From positions 29,264,001 through 29,328,000 of the forward strand of contig NC_043012.1 of NCBI RefSeq assembly GCF_006345805.1: DNA of 64,000 bases, written 5' to 3'. The notes under the pieces are model-generated. The model ran no database searches and was not told where the DNA came from. It worked only from the letters and a program-made list of their open reading frames with translations. Positions within the stretch are counted from its first letter, which is position 1; every line of letters starts with the position of its first letter. Made by a program: the position numbers and the translations under genes. Source of the stretch: Octopus sinensis. Taxonomy: Eukaryota. Below are positions 25,206-39,544 of the stretch, piece by piece.

Positions 25206-26538
25206 TATGTTTGACTTTTGCTTTATATTTGTACAAGTTGGCTCTAAGTCTCACCCAGAGACCTCCAGAGACAACAGGGTTGGAAGTTCATGTTGTTGTT
25301 ATGCCTAGTGTGCCATATATTTTGGGGGTGGGGTGTTGTACTAATGAATGTCTAAAAAATAATTTTTTTTTTAAAACCGAAAATTATGTTTGTTTTAAAC
25401 CTTGAGATTACATAGAAAGTATTTTGGGTAGGATATGAGCAGTTCCCATGAGCACTATCTTTTGAATTTCTGCCATTTTGGGTTTCCTGGTATCTGAGTT
25501 AGGTAGCTATCAGCCCCTTTTGCTATCATTCCCAGGGCACCTATGACAACAGATATTGTTTTAGTCTTCAGGTTCCACATTTTGCTGATTTCTATTTCAA
25601 GATCTTTATATTTGCTCAGTTTTTGGTAGGTCTTGACAGATACGTTTATATCGATTGGGACAGTCATATCAATGAGGAGGCATGTTCTTTGTTTGAAGTT
25701 TTTCAATATGATGTCTGGCCTATTTGCATCTATCTTTCTGTCAGTTTGAATGGTGAAGTTCCAGAGGAGTGAGATGTGGTCATTTTCAAGCACTGGGGGT
25801 GGTTTGTGTTCCCACCAGTTTTTTCATGTGGCAAATCCAGGTTTTTGCAGATTACCCAGTGAATATATTGTGCAGCTCTATCGTGCCTGTTGAGATACTC
25901 TGTAGGCGCTAGAAGACTGCACTTGGAGACCACATGGTCAATGGTTTCATTTTGTTGCTTGCATACACGACACGTTGGACTGCTTCTGATCTTTAATATG
26001 TTGGCCTGGTAGTTTCTTGTTGGTAGGCATTGATCTTGAGCTGCTATGATAAACCCTTCTGTTTCAGATTTTAAGCCAGAGGCCATTAGCCATTGATGGG
26101 TCAGGGCTTTGTCAACATCTGCATTATTTGCTCTCTTTGGGTATTTGCCATAGAGAGGTTTTTCTTGCCATTTATCATTGAGAATATCTAAGGCCGCAGA
26201 TTTAGCACGGGTTTTCATGCGCTTAGCTTTTTCTGTGCCTGTTTCTTGTATGTCTATCTCTAATTCCGAAATTTGTTGTATTCGGAATTCACTTAGATAT
26301 TCCTTTGCCTGTTTTGTTACTGAGTATGATGCTTTCTTGTTTTCATGTTTTGAGACAAGTTTATCATCCAGTCCTCAGAATTTTTCAGGTAGGTGTCTAG
26401 GCCAATTGTAGCAATCTTCATTGTTATTGCCAGTTGTAAAAGTCCACGGCCTCCCTCTTTTCTTGGCAGATAAAGTCGTTCCGTATCTGCCTTAGGGTGG
26501 TGCATTTTATGAATTGTCAACAGTTTTCGTATTTTTCA
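25205..26538 (-). mobile_element. 5'-truncated R4/Dong-clade non-LTR retrotransposon (family A)
   Basis: RT thumb HHPKADTERLYLPRKEGGRGL, CCHC motif CRVCKQQNETIDHVVSKC, and restriction-like endonuclease RPDII...IDMTVP...KLSKY. (AAT)n lies on the sense strand at both ends. Confidence 0.9.
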
Positions 26539-26595
<57 letters not shown>

Positions 26596-26812
26596 GAAGG
26601 CACCTAGCTAGCAGAATCGTTAGCACGCTGGATAAAATGCATATGGGTATTTCACCCGTTGCTACGTTCTGAGTTCAAATTCCGCTGATGTTGACTTTGC
26701 CTTTCATCCTTTCGGGGTCAATAATTTTAAGTACCAGTCAAGAACTGGGATCGATGTGATCGACTATTCTCCTACCTACAAATTCCAGGCCTTGTGTCTA
26801 TAAAAGAAAGGA
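26596..26812 (+). mobile_element. SINE family A
   Basis: GGCAC..GCT.GCAGAATCGTTAGCACG...GTTCTGAGTTCAAATTCCGC (B-box-like)...CAGGCCTTGTGTCTAT, followed by an (ATT)n tail. Confidence 0.88.
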
Positions 26813-26829
26813 TTCTTATTATTATTATG

Positions 26830-26999
26830 AAGGCACCGAACTGGCAGAATCGTTAGCACGCCGGGTAAAATGTCACTGAAGTCGACTTTGTTTTCATCCT
26901 TTCGGGGTCAAGAAATTAAGTAACAGTTGTGTACTGGGATCAATGTAATCGATTGGTCCCCACCCACAAAATTTCAGCCTGTGTGCCTTTAGTAAAAGG
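26830..26999 (+). mobile_element. SINE family A, second tandem copy with internal deletion
   Basis: Same head and tail as 26596-26812; ends in (ATT)n. Confidence 0.85.
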
Positions 27000-27020
27000 T
27001 ATTATTATTTTTATTATTAC

Positions 27021-27111
<91 letters not shown>

Positions 27112-27125
27112 GTTGTTGTTGTTGC

Positions 27126-28395
27126 CTTTGAACAGCTTCTAACGCTGGAGGTGTACTACAGTGTCAGCTGTTCGCTACCAGTGAACTAAGGTAACACCTC
27201 TTATTTTTTGAGCACCTTCCAGAGTATTCGAGCGGTTTCAAGAAGTGCTGTTTTCTGCAAGTGCTCCACCCTTATTGCAGCCCCTATTTGTTCCAAGTGC
27301 TTCTTGAGATTTTTGGTCGCTTTTCCCAGGGCTCTGACAATTATTGGTACTACTGCTACCTTTTTCATCGGCCACAACTCTTAACTTCCCAAGATAACCT
27401 GTCATATCTCTCGACTTTTTTTTCTTCCTTATCGCATACCTTGTTGTCAGCTGGGCATGCTATATCTATGATCCAGCATAGTTTGTTTTCCTTCTCAATT
27501 AAGACTATGTCTGGCTTCCTATTCTCTATCTCATAGAATTATAAAATCTGAATTATAAAATCCCATAGGATCTTTACATTTCCATTTTCGACGATGCCTT
27601 CAGGTTTGTGGTCATACCAATTTGTTGCTCTGTCAAGTCCATACTTGTTGCAAAGTGTCCAATATATTGTCGTGGCGTCTCTTATATTCCTTCTGGGCTA
27701 GTGGCGTACATTGGCTGGTAATATGCCATACAGTTTCACCGTTTTGTTCACAGATTCTGCACTTACCACTTTCTGCTGTGTTGTCTATTCTGTATTTTAT
27801 GTAGTTTGTTCTTAGTACTTGCTCTTGGGCAGCACAGATTAGGGCCCCGTTTCCGGTTTTAAATTACTTTTAGTCATCCACAGCCATCTTTTTTCTCTGT
27901 CTGTCTTATCTTCGACATCACTATATGAAATTAACCATGCATTCTTTTCTTTACCCACCATTCATTTTTAATTTCTTGTATAGTGCTTTATCTTTGTAAT
28001 CTTTCAACCTACACAAGTCTGACCTTCCTACTTCTAATAATAGCGGCTTTGTGGCATTTTTTTTACATACCACGCTATCTGAATAAGGATTGCTTAAGGA
28101 TGTTGAACGAACCACCCATATTTCCAAAGGTGAATAATCCAAACCTCCAAGAATTCCTTTCAACACACGGCTATGATGCTCCCCCACTACTTCTGCTCGT
28201 GATCAGAGATGCACATATCGTCAGCCACTAAGGGAAATGCTCAACTGGTTATGGTCAAACAACTGACAAGCAAATCTGTGGTATTGAGCACAATATTTGC
28301 TGTAGCCCATCTTTTATACCAAGACAAAACAATGTACATGATAACACTTCCAATCAGTTAAGATCAAAAACCACGAGAGCCACTGCCTGGTACTG
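27126..28395 (-). mobile_element. R4/Dong-like family B: decayed 3' RLE region plus probable 5'-UTR segment
   Basis: The minus strand gives VKILWDF and HLQKTALLETARILWKVL near 27200-27600. Part of 28190-28395 recurs at 28759-28871, both times abutting (TAT)n. That the two parts belong to one element is inferred. Confidence 0.6.
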
Positions 28396-28416
28396 CATTA
28401 TTATTATTATTATCAA

Positions 28417-28576
<160 letters not shown>

Positions 28577-28648
28577 ATCATTATTATTATTATAATCATT
28601 ATTATTAATATTATTATTATTATTATTATTATTTTTCTTCTTCTTATT

Positions 28649-28758
28649 ATTATTATTCTATGTTTGACTTTTGCTTTATATTTGTACAAGTTGGCTCCAA
28701 GTCTCACCCAGAGACCTCAAGAGACAACAGGGTTGGACGTTCATGTTGTTGTTATGCC
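28649..28758 (-). mobile_element. Dong family A 3' tip (110 bp)
   Basis: Near-identical to 25205-25310. Confidence 0.85.
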
Positions 28759-28869
28759 TATTTGCTGTAGCCCATCTTTTATACCAAGACAAAACAATGT
28801 ATATGATAACACTTCCAATCAGTTAAGATCAGAAGCCATGAGAGCCACTGCCTGGTACTGCATCAGGGC

Positions 28870-29459
<590 letters not shown>

Positions 29460-29638
29460 CTTCTCTCTTATTATCGATAGGTTTGAATATTTTTTAATAT
29501 TTTGTAGCCAAACCGACCGGCTTCTTGCGGAGCTCGTCGGTTGGGCGAAATTTTGCCCCATTCGGGGTGAAATTACGTTTTAAAATTTTGAACATTTGAC
29601 ATTTTTCAACATTTTGAATATTACAACAAAAAAAAACA

Positions 29639-31369
29639 TGGCTATGAAGCGAACAGTTGGCTGTTCCTTCCTTCAAGATACATTCCCTCCGCAAACACAC
29701 ACAACTCGTCCAAAACACCCACTTCACGCCTTAAAAGGCAACAAAGATCCTCCTTCCGAACCGGAGAGCACGCGCTCGTTCAAAAGGAGAATGCAAGCCA
29801 GGACGTCGCGTCCGACGTAATTCTCGATTTTCCCCCTCTGCCTTCACCCAATGCTTTGGTACGGAAGGAGGAGGAAAGAAAAAAACAAATACAAAAAATC
29901 AACAAACATTGACACGGAGATAAAAGAAAAAACTTCCAACAATTTTGCTTCTGCTGCGAAGCAATTTCGGAGGAAGTTAAGATAACTCTAGAAGATGTGA
30001 AAAGAGCGAAGGAGTTGTTGAGGAAGGATGGCAATGGCATCTTCCTCAATACTCCACAAGAGGTGATTGAAAGCACCAACAAGAAAACAATAATTTACAA
30101 AGTTTTCGACAGAAAACTAAAAAGAAAAACAAATGCCACACCCCAACAGTTGGAGATAGCTCTAAAGCCCATTTGGGCCCAAAAGAGCTACGTAACCAAG
30201 GGGAAGCGTTTTGGAACCGTGGAGGTTCGCTTCCCAACAGAGGAGCTTGCAAGGGCGAACGCCATTTCGCCCTTGCAAACTGAGAATTTGTTACTAGTTC
30301 CGACCCACCTCGGGCGAAGAGTAACAAAAATAAAAATCGACCTCGCCCCCCCTGAGCTAGATATGTCATGGCTGGTGGCAGCTGTCCTCTATGATATAGA
30401 GGACACTACCACCATTCTAGATGTCAGGAGAGTGAGGGCGAAAAACTGGTTGGGGATGGGAGTGCTGCTTCTTGCGCAAATTCAGCAAGACAATATAAGT
30501 AAAGTCCCTGATTTCGTAAGTTTGCTTTGCCGGCCGGACGGCACCAGGCTAAACGTTGCTGTGAGGGGCGAAAGCCAAAATGTTTTCTCTGCAGCAGCGA
30601 AAGCCACTTAAAGAGGGACTGTCCCATTCACAAAAAGAGGATGGAGGCTTTCAGCAAGAGGCAGCAGCAACAACAACAACAACAACAACACAAAACACAA
30701 GCAACAACAACAGAAACAACAAAAACAGCAAGAAACACCAAAGGCTGCCACACCACCAACACCATCACCAACACCAGCACCAAGACGAACAACACCACCT
30801 CCAACAACAACAACCACCACCAAACCAACACCGACAACCACCACCAAACCAACACCGACACCAGTACCTCGAAGGTCGACAGCAGCGACATCAACAGTAA
30901 CAGGAGCAGCGGCACCACCGATACCGGCGGAACCAAATACTTTTCGTCCTGCTACTGATGCAGACCCCTCAACCATTCCTTTGCCGGATGAAGAGATCTC
31001 GGATTGTGCGAGCTCTGATTCCAACAAAGGAGAATGGAACATAGTGCCTCCAAAAAAGAAAAGGAGGAAAAAAAACAAAAAGATTTACAGGGGAAACACG
31101 AACAAATAGTACTTCCCAACATCAACAACAACATCAACAACAACACACACACTCACAACAACAACAACAACAACAACACTTTCGACACCACTACTGCCAC
31201 TACCACAGACACAAACAAACACAGACACAATTACAGACACGATTACAGCAGTGAATACAAGAAACCAGGACTGGTTGAGTATTTGAAAAACAAAACAAGC
31301 ACAAACATTACAGATTTCATAATACCTACACACACACACCACCAGCACACATTCTCACAATTAAAATAA
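29639..31369 (+). pseudogene. LINE ORF1p (gag-like, CCHC zinc knuckle), frameshifted
   Basis: ORFs 29997-30611 and 30527-30958 join into ...GRKPKCFLCSSESHLKRDCP (CX2CX4HX4C), followed by a Q/T/N-rich low-complexity tail. The start and end are inferred. Confidence 0.7.
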
Positions 31370-31557
31370 ACAAAACAGTTTACAACGAAATAAAACAAAT
31401 ATTCCCTAACGATGTGGGATCGTTAGGGAAAAGTTTCTCTCAGAAACTTTACAAAAATATTATTGAAGCACCCGTGCAAAAGCACAAGGGAGCCACCCCC
31501 ACCAACAACAGTAAGTAGAGCCTTTTTTCTCCTTTTTTTTCCCCTAACTTTTGAAAC

Positions 31558-34500
31558 ATGGCAAATCTTAGAATCGGTTGCTTGAATGTGAGAGGCCTCG
31601 GGTCACCTTGGAAACAGGGTCACCTGTTAAACGACCTGAGGTTTCATGATGTGGATGTAGCAGCCATCAGTGAAACCAGGCTCTCCGACCCGCAGGAACT
31701 CGCAGCCCTTTTCGGCGGATACGAGATATTTCTATCTCCGTGTCGGCCGGGAGCGGGCGGTGGTGGTACTGCGGTGTTGTTTCGGAAGGGCCTGGACCTG
31801 AAAATAAGGACAGTCTTCTTGGATCCGGAAGGTAAGTTGGTGGTCCTCGACGTCGACGGTAGTGACGGCGGTGCTTTCAGACTGCTGGCTGCCTACGCTC
31901 CGACAGGAGCAGGGCAGTCGGATTATTTCAAACGTCTGGAAGTTTTCCTGGGAACGTCACGCACTCTAGTACTAGTTGGGGATTGGAACGCTGTCTTAGA
32001 CGAACGTTTCGATCGGGTGGGCAGGGGAGCGTCTGATAGGAGAGGGGGAGGGTGCAAGAGCCTCGCCAACCTACTCGGCCGCTTTCAGCTGTCCGACAGG
32101 TTTCGACTAGACAACCCGAATGTGCCAATGTGGACTTGGACAAACCGCATCGGGTCGTCTAGATCGTACTTAGATAGAGTGTTTTGTAGGCCAGCGGATA
32201 AGGACAGCGTAGGGTGTCCACAATTCCACCTAGTCGAATATACGGACCACAAATTAGTGATCTGTACGGTCGACTTAGATAGGCTACATAGACAGGGACC
32301 CGGCTACTGGAAGCTGAACGCGTCGTTAACGGCGTGCAAAGCTTACAGAGACCGGATTAGTTTACTAGTTAAGGGGCGCTCACGGGGGCAATCATCAACA
32401 ACAACTGGTGGTTTGCCCTCAAGAGAGCAATTAGAGTAGAGTCGATTAGGTATAGTAAGACTCTAGCTATTGAACGTAGGAAGAGAGAGCGGGATTTAGT
32501 TAAGAAACTAGACGAGTCTCTTGACACTGGCATCGCGACCGACGTGTTGGCGGCAAGGTTGGCCCTCGACCAACACTTCGACGCCAAACACGAAGGCTGC
32601 GTTGTCAGAGCTAAGGCACGTTCGCTAAGCGGGGAGGGGACTAGAGCCGCTCGATGGGCCCGCGTGGCGGAGGCGAAGCGAGGCAACAGAGCAACCATTC
32701 GGTCTTTGGTGGACCAGAACGGGCGCGAGGTTACCCAACCGAAGCAGATGTGTACGGTGCTTCAGCGGCACTTTGCTCAACTGTTTGGACGAGCGGTGGA
32801 ACGGACACCAACGGTGCAGACTTCGGTGTGTACCTGGACGGACTGCCGCAACTCTCGGACAGCGAGGCAGAGTGTGCGAAGGACCGATATCTGCCTGGGA
32901 AGTACAGGAAGCGATGAAGAGTTGCACGAGAGGTAGATCGCCGGGTTTGGATGGTCTGCCCTACGAGCTTTACTTTTCAATGCCAGACTTGTTTGCGGGC
33001 CTGTTGGCAAACGTCTACTGCAACTGGCAGCAAAACGGGAGAATTCTGCTTTTGTCTGTCGAGGGGTGGTGGCTTTGCTAAAGAAGGACCCAAACAAGGG
33101 GGACGTTATAGGGAATTTCCGGCCCATCACTCTGCTCAATGCAGAGTTGAAGATTTTGGCCAAGGTGCTAGCCAAGAGATTGGCGCTTGTCGTGGACAAG
33201 CTGGTCGGCGAGACGCAGACATGCGCCGTGCCGACCAGGTCGATACACGACAACCTCCATCTCATGCGCTACATCATAGAGAGGGTGGGTAACGACGCTG
33301 GCGCGGGGGGGCTTGATCAACTTGGATCAGAGTAAAGCCTTCGATAGGGTCGACCATCGGTACCTGGCAGCTGTCCTCAGGGCAGCCGGCTTCGGTCCAG
33401 TCTTCCGCGGGTGGATCGCTGCTTTATACAGCAACATCTGCTCAGTGATACGGTGTGAACGGTCACCTTTCGGAACCGTTCGACATCTCGCGTTCGGTCC
33501 GCCAAGGATGCCCTCTCTCCTCCCTCTTGTACATTTTGACTCTCGAGCCATTACTGCGCAAGTTGGAGGCTTTGAGGGGTATCCCGCGCGATCTAGGAGG
33601 CGAAAAACAGCGTGTCTGCTTATGCCGACGACGTCACCGTGTGGGTGGTGTCGAGCCACAGGCACATTGGCCTGATTGGCGAGACGCTAAACCAGTACGA
33701 AGCGGTGACAGGGGCAAAGATTAACGCGGAAAAGTCTGTGGGCTTGCAACTGGGCACCTGGAGAGGCAAGCCCATGCCGTCCAACAGCGTCGTAGGGTGC
33801 TGGACAGACGGACCCGTTAAACTGCTCGGGGTCTGGTTCGGTCCGGACCTCCAGGTGGATAAGAACTGGGAAGAGGTGACGAGCAGGGTGGCACGTCTCA
33901 CCCAGAAATGGGCCGAGAGGAAGCTGTCCCTGAAAGGTCGAGCGGAGGTGGCGAATGCGTACATCGCATCCGTCATCTATTACCGCTTGACCGTCGTCCC
34001 TTGTCCCGACCGCTGGTTGGCCAAGCTGGTACGTCTGCTCTTCGACTTTTTGTGGAAGGGTCAGGTGCCACTGGTCAGGCGATCCATCTGCTGTCAACGA
34101 CCGCTGAACGGAGGCCTTGGAATGCCGTGGTTGCTGTTGCGCAGACATGCGCTCAGGCTGCGGCATCTCAAAGCTTCCTAGACGGTGAACAGGTGTGGTC
34201 GTCTTTTGTCAGACGCGATTTTCCGCAGCTCGTCTCTTGACGGAACTGCAGACCTGGATCAAACGTAGACCGAGAAAGGGCGCTTGGCACCTCGAGTGCC
34301 GTCAAGCCCTCTCCGCCCTCCGCCAGGCGGGCAATGCGGTCGGTTACAGCTCCACTCTAGCGTTTATAGAGGGTTAGTGGAGGAAAAATGCGACGACGTT
34401 CTCGGGGAAACTCTAGGCGTTGAAGATGACGAACTGTGCGGTCTGTTCGGGAGGACTTTCGGGCCGGGGCCGATGGATAATTTCCGGAGGTCTCTCGCTT

Positions 34501-34988
34501 GGCAGTGCTACCGAGGGGCTCTGCCTGTTCGAGATAAACTCTACCGGCACGGAAGTGCCGTCAGCCGGGCCTGCCCGAGGTGTTGCCAGGACGACGAAAC
34601 CGTTCTGCACGCACTCGTTCAGTGCCCGAGTATTGCTGAAATATGGGTTTATGTCGAACAGCTACTGTCACGTGTAGGACGGATCCGACTATCGGCCGAA
34701 TCCATAGTGAAGATTGCCCCGCCGACCTCCTTTAACAAGGAGGGCGAGGCCGTTTTCTTGTGCCTAGTGGCTGTGGCGAAAGAGGTCGTGTGGTGGACTC
34801 GTTTGAAAGGGCTAAAGACAGACACTTTCCTCTTTGGTCAAGGCCTGATCAACTTTTTCAAGTTTCACTTGAAAAGGAAGATGAGGTTAGAGAGGAAAGT
34901 GCTGTCCGATAGCAAGTTTTATGAAAGGTGGGTGAATTGTGCGAGACTGGCCTGTATAAATGGACCAGTTCTCAGGTTTCACCTGTGA
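31558..34988 (+). pseudogene. LINE ORF2p: AP endonuclease + reverse transcriptase + C-terminal CCHC (~1140 aa), ~10 single-base frameshifts
   Basis: APE: CLNVRGL, ISETR, YAP, GDWN, YLDR, TDH. Then GYWKLNASL. RT: SPGLDGL, FRPITLLN, DQSKAFDRVDH, VRQGCPLS, YADD, LLGV. Zinc finger: CPRC...H...C. Confidence 0.95.
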
Positions 34989-35284
34989 TTTCAAAGAAAA
35001 AGGTAATGTAAAAGGAGAAGAAAGGGGACTCTCTACACCCCCTTTTTTTTTACCAGGCTCCCGTTGGCTTTTGTAGGGTTTTTTCCACCAGGAACCTTTC
35101 GAAACGTCTCCCCCTTTTGGGAGTTTTTCATTGTTGAATTTTATAAGTTGTTATAAAGATTTTTACTCGATGTTTTTAAAAAACGGCAAAACCCTTTGTA
35201 ACCTTTCGTCCTGTCTTGTCCCTTTATGTAATCATGCGTGTCAGCCCTTGTGGCCAATAAAAAAGAATTGATTATTATTATATT

Positions 35285-35315
<31 letters not shown>

Positions 35316-35342
35316 TTATCATTATTATTATTATTATTATTA

Positions 35343-35406
<64 letters not shown>

Positions 35407-35422
35407 CATCATTATCATTATT

Positions 35423-36385
35423 CCTTCGTAACACAGTGTATGTAAAAATGTACCGGAGTCTTTAGTCATCTGTCAAGTCACAACACGGACCTCTGTGCTG
35501 CTTTTTTGTAAGACATGAATCTTGCATGGGATTTCCACTTGCCTTAAGAAGTCTTGAAGTTTCAATGGGATTGAGCCCAACGCTCCAATCACCACTAGTA
35601 TCGCTTTTACATTACCCTCTCGCATTCCATACAGTCTTGCCATTTCCACTTTCAATTTGGAGTACTTGGTGATATTTTCAACCTCTTTACTCACGACATT
35701 CATGTCATTTGGTATGGCTACATCAATGATCTGACAGTATTTGTCTCTCTTATTCAATATGACAATATCCGGCCGACGGTGTTCCATTACATGATCCGTC
35801 TGAAAATCATAGTCCCAGAGTATCGTTACTTTTCCATCCTCCTGCATAACTTTTCTTCGTGCATGCTCATACCAGTTTTCTGTTACTTCATATTGGTATT
35901 TACGGTATAAGATCCAATGAAAATAACACACACTTTATCGTGGCGGCACTTGTATTCTTTTTGTGCAAGGCTCTCACATCTACTTACCAACTGTGTCACA
36001 TTTTCCACACTCTTTCCACAGAGTCTGCATTTCTGAGTGTCAGAGGTTTTGTAGATGTTATACTTCACTGCATTGGTAGCGAGTTCCTGGTCTTGTGCAG
36101 CAATGAGCAGGCTTTCAGTGGTACGCTTCAAATAACCTCGCTCAAGCCATGCCTACGAAGCTATATCATCCTTAACGTCTTGTGTATTCCTTTCAAACTG
36201 TCCATGCATTCTCATTTCAAAAATGTCTTCTTTTCTCTTCTCCTCAGCGCTTTGGCTAAACTCTGCCTTGCCCATCATTTCATCTGCATTTACATCCATA
36301 TCTTTCGCGGTATATTGCAGCAGGTCTTCATCACTATTTATCAAATACTCGTCAAGAGTTATCCTTTCACTCCTTATTATTGAGT
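35423..36385 (-). mobile_element. R4/Dong-clade fragment, family C
   Basis: TESLLIAAQDQ, CRLCGKSVENVTQLVSRC, ILWDYDFQTD, RRPDIV, IIDVAIP and ITKYSKL. Confidence 0.88.
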
Positions 36386-36447
36386 GAGAGAGCAGTTCAT
36401 GCCATCAAAGTGACACTGGGGTAAAATATACGAAGCCCAGTATACCC

Positions 36448-37104
<657 letters not shown>

Positions 37105-37129
37105 GTTTCTTTTCATTATAACTTTATTT

Positions 37130-39318
37130 CAGCTGCCTTAACACCGGGCATCCTCTGGAGGCCAAGAGTAGCAAGGGCACTTTTGTTTTTCTGTGCATGC
37201 CAAAATTATCACGGCATTTATTCTGTTTTAGATGGAGATTGTTTTCCGTAGTATATGGAATGAACCCATCAAAGTTACCTTTTGTAGTTCACGGAGATTG
37301 AAGTTACCAGGGAGTTGCTTAATATACTTCTCAGCTCCCTTATTTATCATTTTCAACGCACTACTTGTATTATCGTAGTACTAAGCTTCTACATTTTTGT
37401 GATTTCAATTTGCAGATCTTTATAGTGCGAAAGCTTTTCGTATTCTTTTCTTGAGACATTTTGATCTTGTGAGAAAGACATATCTTATAACAGACAAGAA
37501 CCTCTGTTGTTGTCCTTGATCACAATGTCTGGTCAATTCGAGTCACTTTTTCTGTCTGTTGATATTGGGAAGTTCCAAAGGATAGTGACGCCCTCGCCAT
37601 TTACTACATCCTCTGGATGGTGCCTGTAACACTTATCATGGGATTTAATTTTGTAGTATTTACAAGCATTCCAGTAGATGTACTGCCCTAGTTTGTCATG
37701 CCTTATGAAGTACTCCTTTTCAGCGAGGACTGGGCAGCCAGAAGCCACATGATCAATTGTCTCTGTGAATTTTCCGAAAATTCTGCACGAGGGGTCAGAA
37801 CCATCTTTAAGGACGTTTGCATGGTGGTTTCTTGTAGGCAAGCTTTGATCTTGCGCTGCAATAACAAAACCTGTCCCTTGTGGCCACTGGTGTGTTAGAT
37901 TTTGATCAATATCTAGCTTGGACAGGCGGTTAGGGTATTTTCCATGCAGGAGTTTGCCTTTGCAGTTGTCTTCGATATTATTCATGCAAGCCTTCTTTGC
38001 TTTTTGTTTGATGTTGTTTTTCTTTGGATAGGTGATAGGTTTGTCACTAACCGGATCTCATTGGTTTTTCTGATTGCCAATTTCTAAATCAGGAGAAGCA
38101 GGTCTATCAGTATTTGGGTGCCTTTGGTCATTCTTATTGTTAATTTGTAGGTCAAGAGACTTTTTAAATTTCTTACTAAGCATCATGGCTGAAGCTTGCT
38201 TGGAATCTTCATGCTTCAGTGCAGTTCGTAAGAGTACATCACTTTTTCTATTAAGGTACGTTTCAAGGCCTATTATTGCTGATTTGAAGGATTGTTCGAG
38301 CTGTATCAGACCTCTTCTGCCTAGTTTTCTTGAGAGATAGATGCTGTCTACATCTGATTTTGAATGGTGCATTCGGTACATTGTAAGGATTTTACGGATC
38401 TTTCCATCAGCATATCAGTGAATCTCCACTAAATGATACTGAAGCTATATTTGGTTACTGGTATGGCCAAAGAATTGATCGCATTAATTCTGTTATCAGC
38501 ATTTAATTCCGAGTTTGCGACCATTCTTACTCTTCGGTGACATCCCTTGCGGATTTTCTCTTTCATTTTAGAGTGCTGGATACCATCATCTTCGTTGGTT
38601 CCCAGATATTTGTATACTTCAGTTTGGTCTAGGTTTCAAATAGCAGTGGTAGTATCAAGTTCTATGTTTTCTGCCTTTATGAACTTCCCTGCCTTAAAGA
38701 TAGCCTTTGCACATTAATCAAGTCCGAATTCCATACCTATATCAGAGCTGAATTCTTTGAAAATATTCAAGAGCTCTTCTAATTCTTTGTCGTTTTTGGT
38801 AAACAGTTTTAGATGATTAATTTTCTGGCCAAAGATCTTATATCCTTTCTTAGCATTATTCAGTTGCGTGGATGTTGGGAACAGAGCGAGGCAGAATAGT
38901 AATGGTCATAATGAGTCACCTTGAAAGATACCACAGGCGACATTGACGTCTGGTGAGGTGGTATATCCTTGTCTATGGTCTAAAATGAGGGTGGTTATCC
39001 ACGAATTCATGATTACTTTTAGAAAGTTCACAATTATTGGAGTTGATGATCCATGCATGAAGGACACTATCGAAAGTCTTCTTCTAAACTATCCAAGCAG
39101 TGGTTTCTGCGTTTGGATTTGCAATTTTCAGTGACTATTTTATCAAGCAGTAATTGATCCTTACCTCCATATGGACTCCTTTTACATCCCTTTTATTCGA
39201 CTGGGAATAACTTCCTATTATGCAAGAATTCAGATGCCCTAATCGCTATTATAGATGTTAATAGTGTATATATGGTGGTGAGGCATGTTATGGGTCGGTA
39301 TTTTTTGGGTGGAGGGAG
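37130..39318 (-). mobile_element. R4/Dong-clade fragment, family E, with decayed RT domain
   Basis: KYRPITCL, CGIFQGDSL, FSSDIGMEFGLDKCA, YKYLG, HHSKSDVDSIYLSRKLGRRGL, FVIAAQDQ and ILWNFPI. There are many stops. Confidence 0.88.
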
Positions 39319-39394
39319 GTAGTAGCTTCTTCTTCTAATTATCATCATCATCATCATCATCATTATTATTATTATAATTATAATTATAATTATA

Positions 39395-39502
<108 letters not shown>

Positions 39503-39544
39503 TTATTATTATTATTATTATATTATTATTATTATTATTATTAT

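Larger units (their letters stand above)
29475..35270 (+). mobile_element. Near-full-length L1/Tx1-clade LINE (~5.8 kb) ending in (ATT)n
   Basis: Structured 5' UTR, gag-like ORF1, APE-RT-CCHC ORF2, and a 3' UTR with AATAAA at 35256 directly followed by (ATT)n. The 5' boundary is approximate. Confidence 0.9.

Noticed and set aside
29508-29572. HDV-like ribozyme at the LINE 5' end
   Set aside because: P1-, P3- and P4-like helices can be drawn, but there is no P2 pairing or proper L3/J4-2. It is kept only as a structured UTR.
32369-34677. Multiple 100-160 aa antisense and off-frame ORFs over the LINE RT
   Set aside because: Shadow ORFs of a GC-rich coding region; no independent motifs.
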